This document shows positions 29,355 through 39,000 of a DNA stretch of 64,000 bases, in pieces (positions within the stretch are counted from its first letter, which is position 1; every line of letters starts with the position of its first letter). Both the position numbers and the translations under genes were made by a program. Location of the stretch: the IMG/VR virus record IMGVR_UViG_3300021961_000044, positions 1-64,000 of that record. One strand, 5' to 3'. Source of the DNA: a virus. A model generated the notes under the pieces. That model did not search any database. It was not told the origin of the DNA and worked only from the letters and a program-made list of their open reading frames with translations.

Positions 29355-30776
29355 ATGTTAAATCCCTTTTTCCAGCAAGGTTCAAAAACAGAACAAAGTT
29401 TAGTACAAGATCTCATCAATGAACAGTTGAGAATGTATGGTGTTGAGGTTCATTATATGCCTCGACAATTTATTACTACAAAAACGGTAATTGAAGAGGT
29501 AATTGAATCTTCTTTTAAAGAAGCATATCCTTTAGAGGCATATGTAGAAAATTTTGAGGGATACAATGACAATACTGTCATTCTTTCCAAATTTGGAATA
29601 CAGTCGCAACAGGAAATAACTTTAACTATTTCAAAAGAAAGATACGAAACTTATATTAGACCATTAGCACAACAAAACTCTTTAAATTTAGTCCCAGAAA
29701 GACCAAAAGAAGGAGATTTGGTTTATTTTCCACTTGGTGGAAGAATATTTGAAATAAAATATGTAGAGCACGAAAAACCATTTCATCAATTAAATTCTAC
29801 ATACGTTTATACTTTGAAATGTGAACTCTTCAGAATAGAAGATGAAGTTATTGATACTGGTATCGATGATGTAGATGATGAGCTTGTTGGAGGCACTAGT
29901 GTTGATGGATCAACTCCTCTTGGAGTTGGTGGTGCTATGTTGACTCTCAATATGGTTGGAGTTGCTTCTACTGCTACTGCTTCTACTGGTATCGTTAATG
30001 GATCAATTAATGCAATTTATATCAGTAATAGAGGTGGAGGTTATTCTTATGCTCCGCAAGTTGGATTTTCTTCTTCTCCAGAATACGGAGGAACTGGAAT
30101 TGGAACTGCAATTATGATTGGTGGAATAGTTGTATGTAATAAGAATGTAGATCCTGCTGATAAATCCGTCCAAGAAATCAGACTTATTAATCCTGGATAT
30201 GGATATACAGTTGCTCCTTTAGTTGCGGTTAGAGGAGATGGAACTGGATTTGCAGCTACAACGGGAATAACTACAGTTGGAGCAGTTGGATTTGTAACTA
30301 TCACATATGGTGGATCTGGATATACCACAGCACCAACGGTTACATTCTCTTCACCTGGAACTGGAACGACTGCTATCGGTGTTGCTGCAATTAATTCAAC
30401 TGGAAGTGTAACTGCTATCTATCTCACCAACTCTGGATCCGGTTATACTTCATCTCCAACAATTACTATTTCTGGAGCAGGATCAACTTCAATCGGAACA
30501 TTCCAACTTAATGAAATTGTTACCGGACAAACATCTGGAACAATAGCAAGAGTTAAGAATTGGGATAAACCTACATCAGTTCTCGATGTTTATAATGTCA
30601 ACGGAGATTTTATATATGGAGAAACCATAGTAGGTTCTGCATCTTCAGCAAGTTACAGATTGAAGAGTATTCAGGAATTCCCTAAAGATGATGGATTTAC
30701 TTCAAATTCCGAAATTGAGGCGGAGGCTGATTTAATTTTAGATTTTACTGAACAAAATCCATTTGGAGTCCCCTAA
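29355..30776 (+). CDS. gp14: Neck protein gp14 with a Gly/Thr-rich insertion
   Basis: EQSLVQDLINEQLRMYGVEVHYMPR...RPKEGDLVYFP...FEIKYVEHEKPF; C-terminal ILDFTEQNPFG. Confidence 0.92.
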   Translation: MLNPFFQQGSKTEQSLVQDLINEQLRMYGVEVHYMPRQFITTKTVIEEVIESSFKEAYPLEAYVENFEGYNDNTVILSKFGIQSQQEITLTISKERYETYIRPLAQQNSLNLVPERPKEGDLVYFPLGGRIFEIKYVEHEKPFHQLNSTYVYTLKCELFRIEDEVIDTGIDDVDDELVGGTSVDGSTPLGVGGAMLTLNMVGVASTATASTGIVNGSINAIYISNRGGGYSYAPQVGFSSSPEYGGTGIGTAIMIGGIVVCNKNVDPADKSVQEIRLINPGYGYTVAPLVAVRGDGTGFAATTGITTVGAVGFVTITYGGSGYTTAPTVTFSSPGTGTTAIGVAAINSTGSVTAIYLTNSGSGYTSSPTITISGAGSTSIGTFQLNEIVTGQTSGTIARVKNWDKPTSVLDVYNVNGDFIYGETIVGSASSASYRLKSIQEFPKDDGFTSNSEIEAEADLILDFTEQNPFGVP

Positions 30777-30779
30777 ACT

Positions 30780-30787
30780 GTTAAATA
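30780..30787 (+). promoter_or_regulatory. Late promoter
   Basis: GTTAAATA upstream of gp15. Confidence 0.55.
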
Positions 30788-30809
30788 GTAATTATTAATC
30801 CTTGGCAAA

Positions 30810-31805
30810 ATGTTTGAATATTTTTATAACGAAATTTTTCGAAAGACTATTATTGCTTTCGGTACCCTTTTTAATAACATCGAAATTCAGAAAACTGATT
30901 CTAACGGAGATGTAAGTAGCATCATTAAAGTTCCTCTTGCTTATGGACCTACACAAAAGTTTTTAGCAAGAATCAATCAACAAGCTGATTTAAATAATCC
31001 AACTGCAATGACATTGCCAAGGATGTCATTTGAATTTACTGGAGTTACTTATGATCCATCAAGAAAAGTAACTACAACACAAAGGTTTTTACAAAAAGAT
31101 TCTTCTGACGGAACTAAAACTAGAAAGGCATATATGCCAGTTCCCTACACGATGCAATTTGAGTTATCAATTATGTCAAAATTAAATGATGATGCATTGC
31201 AAATAGTAGAACAGATTTTGCCATATTTTCAACCTCAGTTCAATCTCACTGTTGAATTGGCATCAGATATAAATGAGAAAAAAGATATTCCAATTATCTT
31301 AGAAAATATTACTATGATTGATGATTACGAAGGTGATTATACAACGAGAAGAGTTTTGACCTATACATTGAGATTTAGCGCCAAAACTTATTTGTTTGGA
31401 CCAATTCCAGATGTTTCTGCAGATATTATCAAGAGAGCTACTGTTGCTATTGGTGCTGGTGATCCTTCAAATCAAAGAGAACTTACATATACACAAACAG
31501 CAAGAGCAATTAAAAATTATACTGGAAACGTTTTAACTTCTCTATCGGATGATGTTAAAACAACCGATACCTTAATTAAAGTCGATGATGCTTCTGGAAT
31601 TGTCAAAGATACATATTTGGATATAAACCAAGAAGAAGTATATGTAAGACTTGTTAGTGGAAATAATATTACAATAGATAGAGGAGTTGATGGCACAACA
31701 ATTAAGTCTCATTTGAAAGGAGATAGTGTCAAATCTATAACCTCCGAAGATAATAACCTGATTCAATTTGGGGATGATTTTGGATTTGACGGAACTGCAT
31801 CATGA
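30810..31805 (+). CDS. gp15: Tail sheath stabiliser / tail terminator gp15
   Basis: YFYNEIFRKTIIAFGTLFNNI...VPLAYGPTQKFLAR...LPRMSFE...QIVEQILPYFQP. Confidence 0.95.
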   Translation: MFEYFYNEIFRKTIIAFGTLFNNIEIQKTDSNGDVSSIIKVPLAYGPTQKFLARINQQADLNNPTAMTLPRMSFEFTGVTYDPSRKVTTTQRFLQKDSSDGTKTRKAYMPVPYTMQFELSIMSKLNDDALQIVEQILPYFQPQFNLTVELASDINEKKDIPIILENITMIDDYEGDYTTRRVLTYTLRFSAKTYLFGPIPDVSADIIKRATVAIGAGDPSNQRELTYTQTARAIKNYTGNVLTSLSDDVKTTDTLIKVDDASGIVKDTYLDINQEEVYVRLVSGNNITIDRGVDGTTIKSHLKGDSVKSITSEDNNLIQFGDDFGFDGTAS

Positions 31806-32254
31806 AAATGACTAAAAAATTCAACAAACTAAACGACTCCTTTGGAATTGAAGAAAATTCTATAGTTCCAGAAGTAGAGTCTGCTCCTATTGAGATTATT
31901 AACGATGATTCTGATGAAGAATTTGAAAAAACACCAGAGGTAAGAAAAGATTATAAGTATACAAGAAATCAATTATATTCATTAATAGAAAAAGGACAAG
32001 ATGCTATTAACGGTATCTTGGAATTGGCAGCAGAAACAGAACAACCAAGAGCATATGAAGTTGCAGCGCAATTGATTAAAAACGTTGCAGATACTACTGA
32101 CAAGTTGATGGATTTGCAGAAAAAATTAAAAGAGGTAGAAGAAGATACCAAACCAAAAGGTCCAACAAACGTAACTAATGCTTTGTTTGTTGGGTCAACT
32201 GCAGATTTGGCAAAACTTTTAAAGAACAAGCAACAAGAAGAGGATACTAAATAA
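31802..32254 (+). CDS. gp16: Terminase small subunit gp16
   Basis: DYKYTRNQLYSLIEKGQDAI...PRAYEVAAQLIK...TNNALFVGSTADL-like C-terminus. Confidence 0.93.
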   Translation: MKMTKKFNKLNDSFGIEENSIVPEVESAPIEIINDDSDEEFEKTPEVRKDYKYTRNQLYSLIEKGQDAINGILELAAETEQPRAYEVAAQLIKNVADTTDKLMDLQKKLKEVEEDTKPKGPTNVTNALFVGSTADLAKLLKNKQQEEDTK

Positions 32255-32277
32255 TAGTAAGAATATAAAAAGTTAAA

Positions 32278-32613
32278 ATGTCCGTTGCCGCAGTAAACAT
32301 AAGAATTGAAAAAGGCACTGATTTTGAATCAACTTTTACAGTCAATTCTACAGATGGATCTGCTTTCAATCTATCAAATTATAGTGCTACTGCAAAAATT
32401 AGGAAACATCCTAATGCTGGAACCGCAAAAACTTTTTCAACAACAATTACTTCATCTACGGGTGAAATAAAAATAACAATGAGTGATACAGATACCTCTG
32501 ATTTATCATCTGGAAGAAATTACTATGATGTAGTTATTCAACATTCATCTACAGAGAAGAAAACAAAAGTATTTGAAGGAATGGCAATAGTATCGGATAC
32601 CGTTTCCGTATAG
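32278..32613 (+). CDS. Small Ig-like virion adaptor protein (BppU N-terminal-like), 111 aa
   Basis: NIRIEKGTDFESTF...FNLSNYSATAKIRK...GRNYYDVVI...KVFEG beta-sandwich pattern; late promoter ACTAAATA at 32246-32253. Confidence 0.6.
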   Translation: MSVAAVNIRIEKGTDFESTFTVNSTDGSAFNLSNYSATAKIRKHPNAGTAKTFSTTITSSTGEIKITMSDTDTSDLSSGRNYYDVVIQHSSTEKKTKVFEGMAIVSDTVSV

Positions 32614-32617
32614 TAAA

Positions 32618-32935
32618 ATGGAATTTAAAGTAACTCTGGTAACAGGACAAAATTACAGTGTTCGTCTTAAAGAAGACAATAAATTCAAAGTAATTTCAAA
32701 TCTTACGCAGGCAGCAGAAGTGGCTAATTTTTCAGATTTAGGAGATTTTGACAATACTGGTGTTCAGGACGGATGGGTTCTGATGTACGACTCTGCAACT
32801 GGAAAAATTAAAACAGTTAATCCAGATCTCGTGTTCAGTAAAGCTGTTGCGGATAACAGTCTTCCTAGTGAGTTTATTGATCAATTGGATGGAGATCTTG
32901 ATGATAAGATCGATCTTGATGCGGGCTCTTTTTAG
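32618..32935 (+). CDS. Hypothetical fibre-associated protein, 105 aa, ending IDLDAGSF
   Basis: FSDLGDFDNTGVQDGWVLMYDSATGK fibre-type repeat. Confidence 0.7.
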   Translation: MEFKVTLVTGQNYSVRLKEDNKFKVISNLTQAAEVANFSDLGDFDNTGVQDGWVLMYDSATGKIKTVNPDLVFSKAVADNSLPSEFIDQLDGDLDDKIDLDAGSF

Positions 32936-32941
32936 AAAAAT

Positions 32942-32949
32942 TATAAATA
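32942..32949 (+). promoter_or_regulatory. Late promoter (perfect consensus)
   Basis: TATAAATA. Confidence 0.8.
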
Positions 32950-32982
32950 ATTACACTAAAAATATAATAAGGTATAATTAAG

Positions 32983-35073
32983 ATGCCTGCACCTGTAATT
33001 CAATTTAAAAGGGGCAATTTAAGCAATCTTCCTGGTTTACAGGCTGGTGAACCCGCATTTACAACTGATACGTTCGACCTGTTTGTTGGATTATCTTCAA
33101 CCACTGATGCCAATAAGTTTTTTGGTTCTCATAGATATTGGAATAAAGAATCTACAACTTCTGGAAGTTCAGTAAATTTAGTCGAAGGAACTTCCAACGG
33201 TTCCAGTTATATCAGTTTAAAATCTCCAGATTCTCTTGCTGGCGTCACTACATATACTCTTCCAGCAGTTCCAGTTAATGGATATTTTCTGAAAACAAAC
33301 GCAGATGGAGAATTGTCTTGGGGACAAGCTGCGTCTTTTGCTGGAATCGTAACCTTTACCGATACTACAGAAAATACCTTAGGAAATGCGGACACTGGTG
33401 CTGTTCAAATTGATGGTGGACTGGGAGTTAATAAAAACGTTACTGTTGGTGGAAATTTAAACGTACAAGGATATTCTGAGTTTGTTGGTGTTGTAACATT
33501 CCAAGGTGGAACCATTAATCTTGGAGATTCTGATGCAGATGATATCAATGTTGCTGGTGAATTTGTATCCAACTTAATTCCAAATGCCACAGCTGAATAT
33601 GATTTGGGAAATGGTGATAAGAAATGGAGAAGTTTAAATGTCTCTGGATTCTGCACAAGTGGTGGGTTAAGAGTTGCTGGTCCTGCACAAGTTGGATCTT
33701 TAACAGTCGATTCTGATTTAAATGTAATTGGCAATGTAACTATTGGCGGTACATCTTTAAGTGTTTCCGCACAGTCTCTTGTAATTCGTGATCCTGACAT
33801 TGTTCTTGGATATAGAACAGATGGTAGCAATAACGATATTTCTACTGACACTACTGCCAATCATGGTGGTATCGCAATTGCATCTACAGAAGGATATCCT
33901 TTAGTAGATTTAGTAATTGCTGGAGTTGAAACATCTCCAGTAACTTATAAGAAATTGATGTGGTTTAAATCAGAGTCTTTCTCTGGTTTAGGCACAGATG
34001 CATGGTTATCAAACTATGCTATTGGTATTGGAAGCACACAGTTCCCAACAGGAACAAGATTAGCTGCTGGAAATGTTCAGTTTACTCAAGAAGATTTATC
34101 AGTTGTAAGAAATATCAATGCTTCTGGTGTTGGTACATTTGCTGGCGCACTTTACGTTGCAGGACTCGAAATTAGTGGTGGCGCTTCTATTGGAGAAGAT
34201 ATTAGAACAAGAAACTTAGATGTATCTGGAATTACAACGTTAGGTAATACAAGTACAGATATAGTTCAAATTTATGGTGATGCTAATTTTATTGCTTCTG
34301 TTCAAGCAGTAAACATCAATTCAAGTGGAATTGTAACTGCTACTACTTTTGATGGTAATTTAGCGCTTTCAAATGTTACTGGTCTTGGTGCTAATGTTTC
34401 TACATTCTTAGCAACTCCTTCCTCCGCAAACTTAGCAGCTGCAGTAACAGATGAAACTGGCACTGGTGCTCTCGTATTTGCAAACAGTCCAACATTAATA
34501 ACTCCTGCTCTTGGAGATGCATCTGCTACTACATTAACTACAAGTGGCGATGTAATAGTTGGAACCGCCATGAGCGCTCCAACTGTAAGAACAGCAACGA
34601 TTACTCATTCTAACGGTACTAATGCTGCTACAATTGATTCTAGTGGAAATTTAACTGCATCTCAAAATTTAACAGTTACAGGAAACCTGTATGTTAATGG
34701 ATCAACCACTCAAGTAAATACTTCTTCGATGACCGTCGAAGACAGAACAATTGAGTTAGGTTTGGTAGATGGTTCTGCTCCTTCATCAGCAACTACTTGG
34801 GACCTTGGTGTTCTCTTCAATTATAATTCTTCAGGTGCTAAGAAGTCTGCTGTTCTTTGGGAACATGCTGATGGAAGATTTAAGTTTGGATCACAAGTAA
34901 GCGATGGTGGAGGAACTGATAACGATAGTCCACAAATTACCGTTTCTAACTATGCTGCGATTGAAGTAAGTTCAATTTGGATTAATGATTGTGCTGGACA
35001 ATCACAATTAATTGATTGTTCTGGAGGAGTGAGAACACTTCAAAACATAACTATCGATGGCGGTTCGTTCTGA
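32983..35073 (+). CDS. Fibre protein with Mtd-N/hyaluronidase-N-like head, 696 aa
   Basis: Starts PVIQFKRGNLSNLPGLQAGEPAFTTDT; contains TPSSANLAAAVTDETGTGALVFANSPTL and GNLYVNGSTTQVNT fibre repeats; ends IDGGSF. Confidence 0.75.
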   Translation: MPAPVIQFKRGNLSNLPGLQAGEPAFTTDTFDLFVGLSSTTDANKFFGSHRYWNKESTTSGSSVNLVEGTSNGSSYISLKSPDSLAGVTTYTLPAVPVNGYFLKTNADGELSWGQAASFAGIVTFTDTTENTLGNADTGAVQIDGGLGVNKNVTVGGNLNVQGYSEFVGVVTFQGGTINLGDSDADDINVAGEFVSNLIPNATAEYDLGNGDKKWRSLNVSGFCTSGGLRVAGPAQVGSLTVDSDLNVIGNVTIGGTSLSVSAQSLVIRDPDIVLGYRTDGSNNDISTDTTANHGGIAIASTEGYPLVDLVIAGVETSPVTYKKLMWFKSESFSGLGTDAWLSNYAIGIGSTQFPTGTRLAAGNVQFTQEDLSVVRNINASGVGTFAGALYVAGLEISGGASIGEDIRTRNLDVSGITTLGNTSTDIVQIYGDANFIASVQAVNINSSGIVTATTFDGNLALSNVTGLGANVSTFLATPSSANLAAAVTDETGTGALVFANSPTLITPALGDASATTLTTSGDVIVGTAMSAPTVRTATITHSNGTNAATIDSSGNLTASQNLTVTGNLYVNGSTTQVNTSSMTVEDRTIELGLVDGSAPSSATTWDLGVLFNYNSSGAKKSAVLWEHADGRFKFGSQVSDGGGTDNDSPQITVSNYAAIEVSSIWINDCAGQSQLIDCSGGVRTLQNITIDGGSF

Positions 35074-35092
35074 TAGATAAAATATAATTTCT

Positions 35093-35124
35093 AAATAGGG
35101 GAAGTAATCTTCCCCTATTTTTTT
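35093..35124 (+). terminator. Terminator-like hairpin overlapping a late promoter
   Basis: AAATAGGGGAAG-taat-CTTCCCCTATTT followed by TTTT; TCTAAATA at 35090-35097. Confidence 0.7.
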
Positions 35125-35355
35125 ATGTCTGAAGAAGAATATAAGTCTGTTATTGCAACATATCAGCAAAAAGCATTTGAACTTTTTAATTCAAATATAG
35201 TTTTAGAATCACAAATACAAGCACAAAGATCCACTATTGAATCCTTAAGAACAGAAATAGAGCAAATGTCTTTTGAACTACAAACTCTTAGAGATCTTAG
35301 AGAAAAAGGAGAACAACAATCAAAAATAACTAAAAAAACTAGTATATCTCAATAA
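35125..35355 (+). CDS. Small coiled-coil protein, 76 aa (possible fibre assembly chaperone)
   Basis: Heptad-rich sequence located between fibre genes. Confidence 0.65.
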   Translation: MSEEEYKSVIATYQQKAFELFNSNIVLESQIQAQRSTIESLRTEIEQMSFELQTLRDLREKGEQQSKITKKTSISQ

Positions 35356-35415
35356 CATAAATAAATTATACCGATAAATATCGGTTTTTTTACGGTAAAT
35401 ACCACACCAAATTGA

Positions 35416-36084
35416 ATGGCCGATCCGAATATTAGGATAAAACGGTCTGCCATACCTGGCAAACAGCCTACGGCAGATCAGCTCCCGTTGGGAGAACTAG
35501 CTTTAAATACTAATGATGGAAAACTCTTTGCCTCTAAAAATGCAGGCATAGGCACAACAGTTTTCGCTGTAAACCCGTGGTCGGTTGGAACAGGAACCGA
35601 TTCTTATAATGCATATTTTACTGCTGGAAATGTTGGTGTTGGTAGCACAATCCCCACATCTAAATTAGATGTAGAGGGTGACATCAATGTTTCTGGTGTA
35701 ATAACTGCTAGTCAATTTATTGGTGGTGGTGTTGGTGTTGGAATTCAATCTGGGGGCACTGTCCTTGGATATGGAATTACAACACTGAATTTTATTGGTA
35801 CTGGAAATACTTTCTCTGTTAGCGGAACTACTGTCGATATCAGCATAGCTGCTGGTAGTGGAGGTGGTGGAACTGGAATCAGTTCCGTGATCATACAGAA
35901 AGATGGAACAAATATAGGTACTGGTTCCAGTACTATAAATTTCACTGGAACAGGTATTCAAACTGTTACATCATCTCCTAGCGGGATTACGACTGTTAGG
36001 GTTGAACTACAAGGCAATCTTGATGGTGGATTGCCAGATTCAAATTACGGCGGCATCGAAGCTATTGAAGGGGGAGGAATCTAA
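35416..36084 (+). CDS. Short fibre/connector protein, 222 aa
   Basis: Starts NIRIKRSAIPGKQPTADQLPLGELALNTNDGKLF; two TTLNFIG/STINFTG repeats; ends LDGG...IEGGGI. Confidence 0.75.
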   Translation: MADPNIRIKRSAIPGKQPTADQLPLGELALNTNDGKLFASKNAGIGTTVFAVNPWSVGTGTDSYNAYFTAGNVGVGSTIPTSKLDVEGDINVSGVITASQFIGGGVGVGIQSGGTVLGYGITTLNFIGTGNTFSVSGTTVDISIAAGSGGGGTGISSVIIQKDGTNIGTGSSTINFTGTGIQTVTSSPSGITTVRVELQGNLDGGLPDSNYGGIEAIEGGGI

Positions 36085-39000
36085 ATGGCAACAAGAATTC
36101 AAATAAGAAGAGGCACTGCCGCTGCATGGACCTCAGCTAACCCTATTCTTGCCGAGGGTGAACTTGGCGTAGAGTTAGATACACAGAAATTTAAAATTGG
36201 TATTGGAACAACCAGTTGGAGTGGTCTAAGTTATGCAACTGGTATTCAAGGAACCACTGGTGCCCAGGGAATCCAAGGAACAACAGGTATCCAAGGGGAT
36301 ACTGGTATTCAAGGCATTACTGGTAGAGGTCTGAATATTGTAGGAAACGTTGCTACAGTTGGAGATCTCCCAGATCCCTATAGTGGATCTATTGGAGATG
36401 CTTATGTTGTAACAGGAACAGGCGATCTTCACGTTTATAATGGAACGAGTTTCGATAACGTTGGACAAATTGTTGGTCCTCAAGGAACCACTGGCGCTCA
36501 AGGAACCCAGGGTATCCAAGGCGAATCAATTCAAGGTACAACTGGATATAATGGTACCCAAGGAACTCAGGGTATTCAGGGTGATGATGGTGCTCAAGGA
36601 ATTGCTGGTGCCTTCGCTGCACAAGGTATTCAAGGAACCCAAGGTATTCAAGGTAGAGAACCTGATGTAGCACAAACAGAAAAAAATACAATTACCTTTT
36701 CTGCTACTGAAGGTCAAGTATCTTTTGGAGCAACATACGTTCCAAATGCGATTGATGTTTATCTGAATGGTGTCAGATTATCAGAATCGGAATATGTAGG
36801 AACAAGTGGAACTCACATTCTTCTTAATGATGGTGCTAATATAGGGGATGTTTTAGATCTCGTTAAATTTGACTTTGGTAATGCTTTTAGAGGTCTTCAA
36901 GGCGTACAAGGTCTTCAAGGATTACAAGGAGTTCAGGGTCTTCAAGGACCACAGGGAACAACTGGTATTCAAGGTGATGTTGGTATTCAAGGAAGTACTG
37001 GTGCTCAGGGAACTCAGGGAGTCCAAGGAACAACTGGTATCCAAGGTGATGTTGGTACCCAAGGAACTCAAGGGGTTCAAGGTGTTCAAGGCGAAATTGG
37101 ATCTCAGGGTCTTGATGGTGCATATGCAGCACAAGGTATCCAAGGCATCCAAGGTATTCAAGGTTTAACACCTGACGTTGCTCAAACAAGCAAGACAACA
37201 ATTAGTTTTTCTGCCAATGAAGGTCAAACTTCTTTTGCAGGAACATATGTAGCAGGAGCAATAGACGTATTCTTAAATGGCGTAAGATTATCAGAATCGG
37301 AATACGTAGGAACAAGTGCAACTAATATCGTCTTAAACGACCCTGCTAACGCTGGAGACGTACTTGATCTTGTTAAGTTTGATTTTGGTAATGCTCTGAG
37401 AGGTTTGCAAGGTGTTCAAGGAACACAAGGTATTCAGGGCGATCTTGGTATTCAGGGTATTCAAGGTCTTGACGGTGCTTATGCCGCTCAAGGTATCCAA
37501 GGTCCACAAGGTACTGATGGTGTTCAAGGAACAAGTGGTCGTGGTGTTACCATTCTTGGTAGTGTTTCTACATCTACAAATCTTCCAGGATATCCAACTT
37601 CTTATGGTGGATCTGTTGGTGATGGATATATCACTTTAGACACAGGTCACTTATGGACTTGGAACGGTAGTTCTTGGGACGATGTTGGTAACATCACAGG
37701 TCCACAAGGAACTACTGGAACACAGGGAACTCGTGGTATTCAGGGAACTACTGGTTCTCAGGGTCAAACAGGTATTCAGGGCGACTTAGGTATCCAAGGT
37801 ATTCAAGGAGAGGCATTACAGGGCGTTCAGGGGACGACTGGTATTCAAGGTGATCTTGGCATTCAGGGCGCTACTGGTGCTGGTATACAAGGTGCTACTG
37901 GCACTCAAGGTGAAACAGGTACTCAAGGTACAACAGGTACTCAAGGTCTTGATGGTGCCTTTGCTGCACAAGGTATCCAAGGTATTCAAGGTATCCAGGG
38001 TTTAACACCTGACGTTGCTCAAACAAGTAAGTCAACCATCACATTCTCCGCTAATGAAGGACAAACTTCTTTTGCTGGAACATATGTAGCGGGAGCTATT
38101 GATGTTTATTTGAATGGTGTTAGATTATCCGATTCTGAATATGTTGGAACAAGTGCAACCAATATTGTTCTCAACGATCCCGCCAACGCTGGAGACGTAC
38201 TTGATCTTGTCAAGTTTGATTTTGGTAATGCATTAAGAGGTCTTCAGGGAATTCAAGGAACAACTGGTATTCAAGGTTTTACTGGTATCCAGGGAAGTGA
38301 TGGTGCCCAGGGTCTTGCTGGTGAATATGCAGCACAAGGTATTCAAGGTACTGATGGTTCACAAGGTACCGATGGTACTCAAGGAACTACAGGACCTCAA
38401 GGAACCACTGGAACTCAAGGAACCACTGGAACTCAGGGAACACAAGGTATTCAAGGTGACAGTGGTCGTGGTGTTACTATTCTCGGTAGTGTTTCGACAT
38501 ATACAAGTCTTCCAGGATATCCAACTTCTTATAGTGGAAATATTGGAGATGGATACATTACTACCAATACTGGTCACTTATGGACTTGGAACGGTAGTTC
38601 TTGGGACGATGTTGGTAACATCACAGGTCCACAAGGAACTACGGGAACGCAAGGAACTCAGGGTGTACAGGGACCTTCAATTCAAGGTGCTCAAGGAACA
38701 ACTGGAATTCAGGGAACAACTGGAACTCAGGGAACTACAGGTCCACAAGGAACTACAGGTTTACAGGGAACTACAGGTCTCCAAGGTTTAACTGGTATTC
38801 AAGGAGACACAGGTCTTCAAGGTTTAACTGGTGTTCAGGGAACGGACGGTCTTGGAGCACTTACAGGAGTTACATCTGTAACTAGTGGAACATTCTTCCC
38901 ACTTTTCGTTTCTGGAACTGGAGATGTTTCTCCAAATATCAGAACAGAAGCAACCGCATTTGGTTATGACGCAGGAACCAACACTGTTACTGCCACAAAC

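Noticed and set aside
36226-38850. CRISPR-like or tandem DNA array (caaggt/caagga periodicity) and the many overlapping alternative-frame ORFs
   Set aside because: Explained by collagen G-X-Q codons; no constant repeat with unique spacers.
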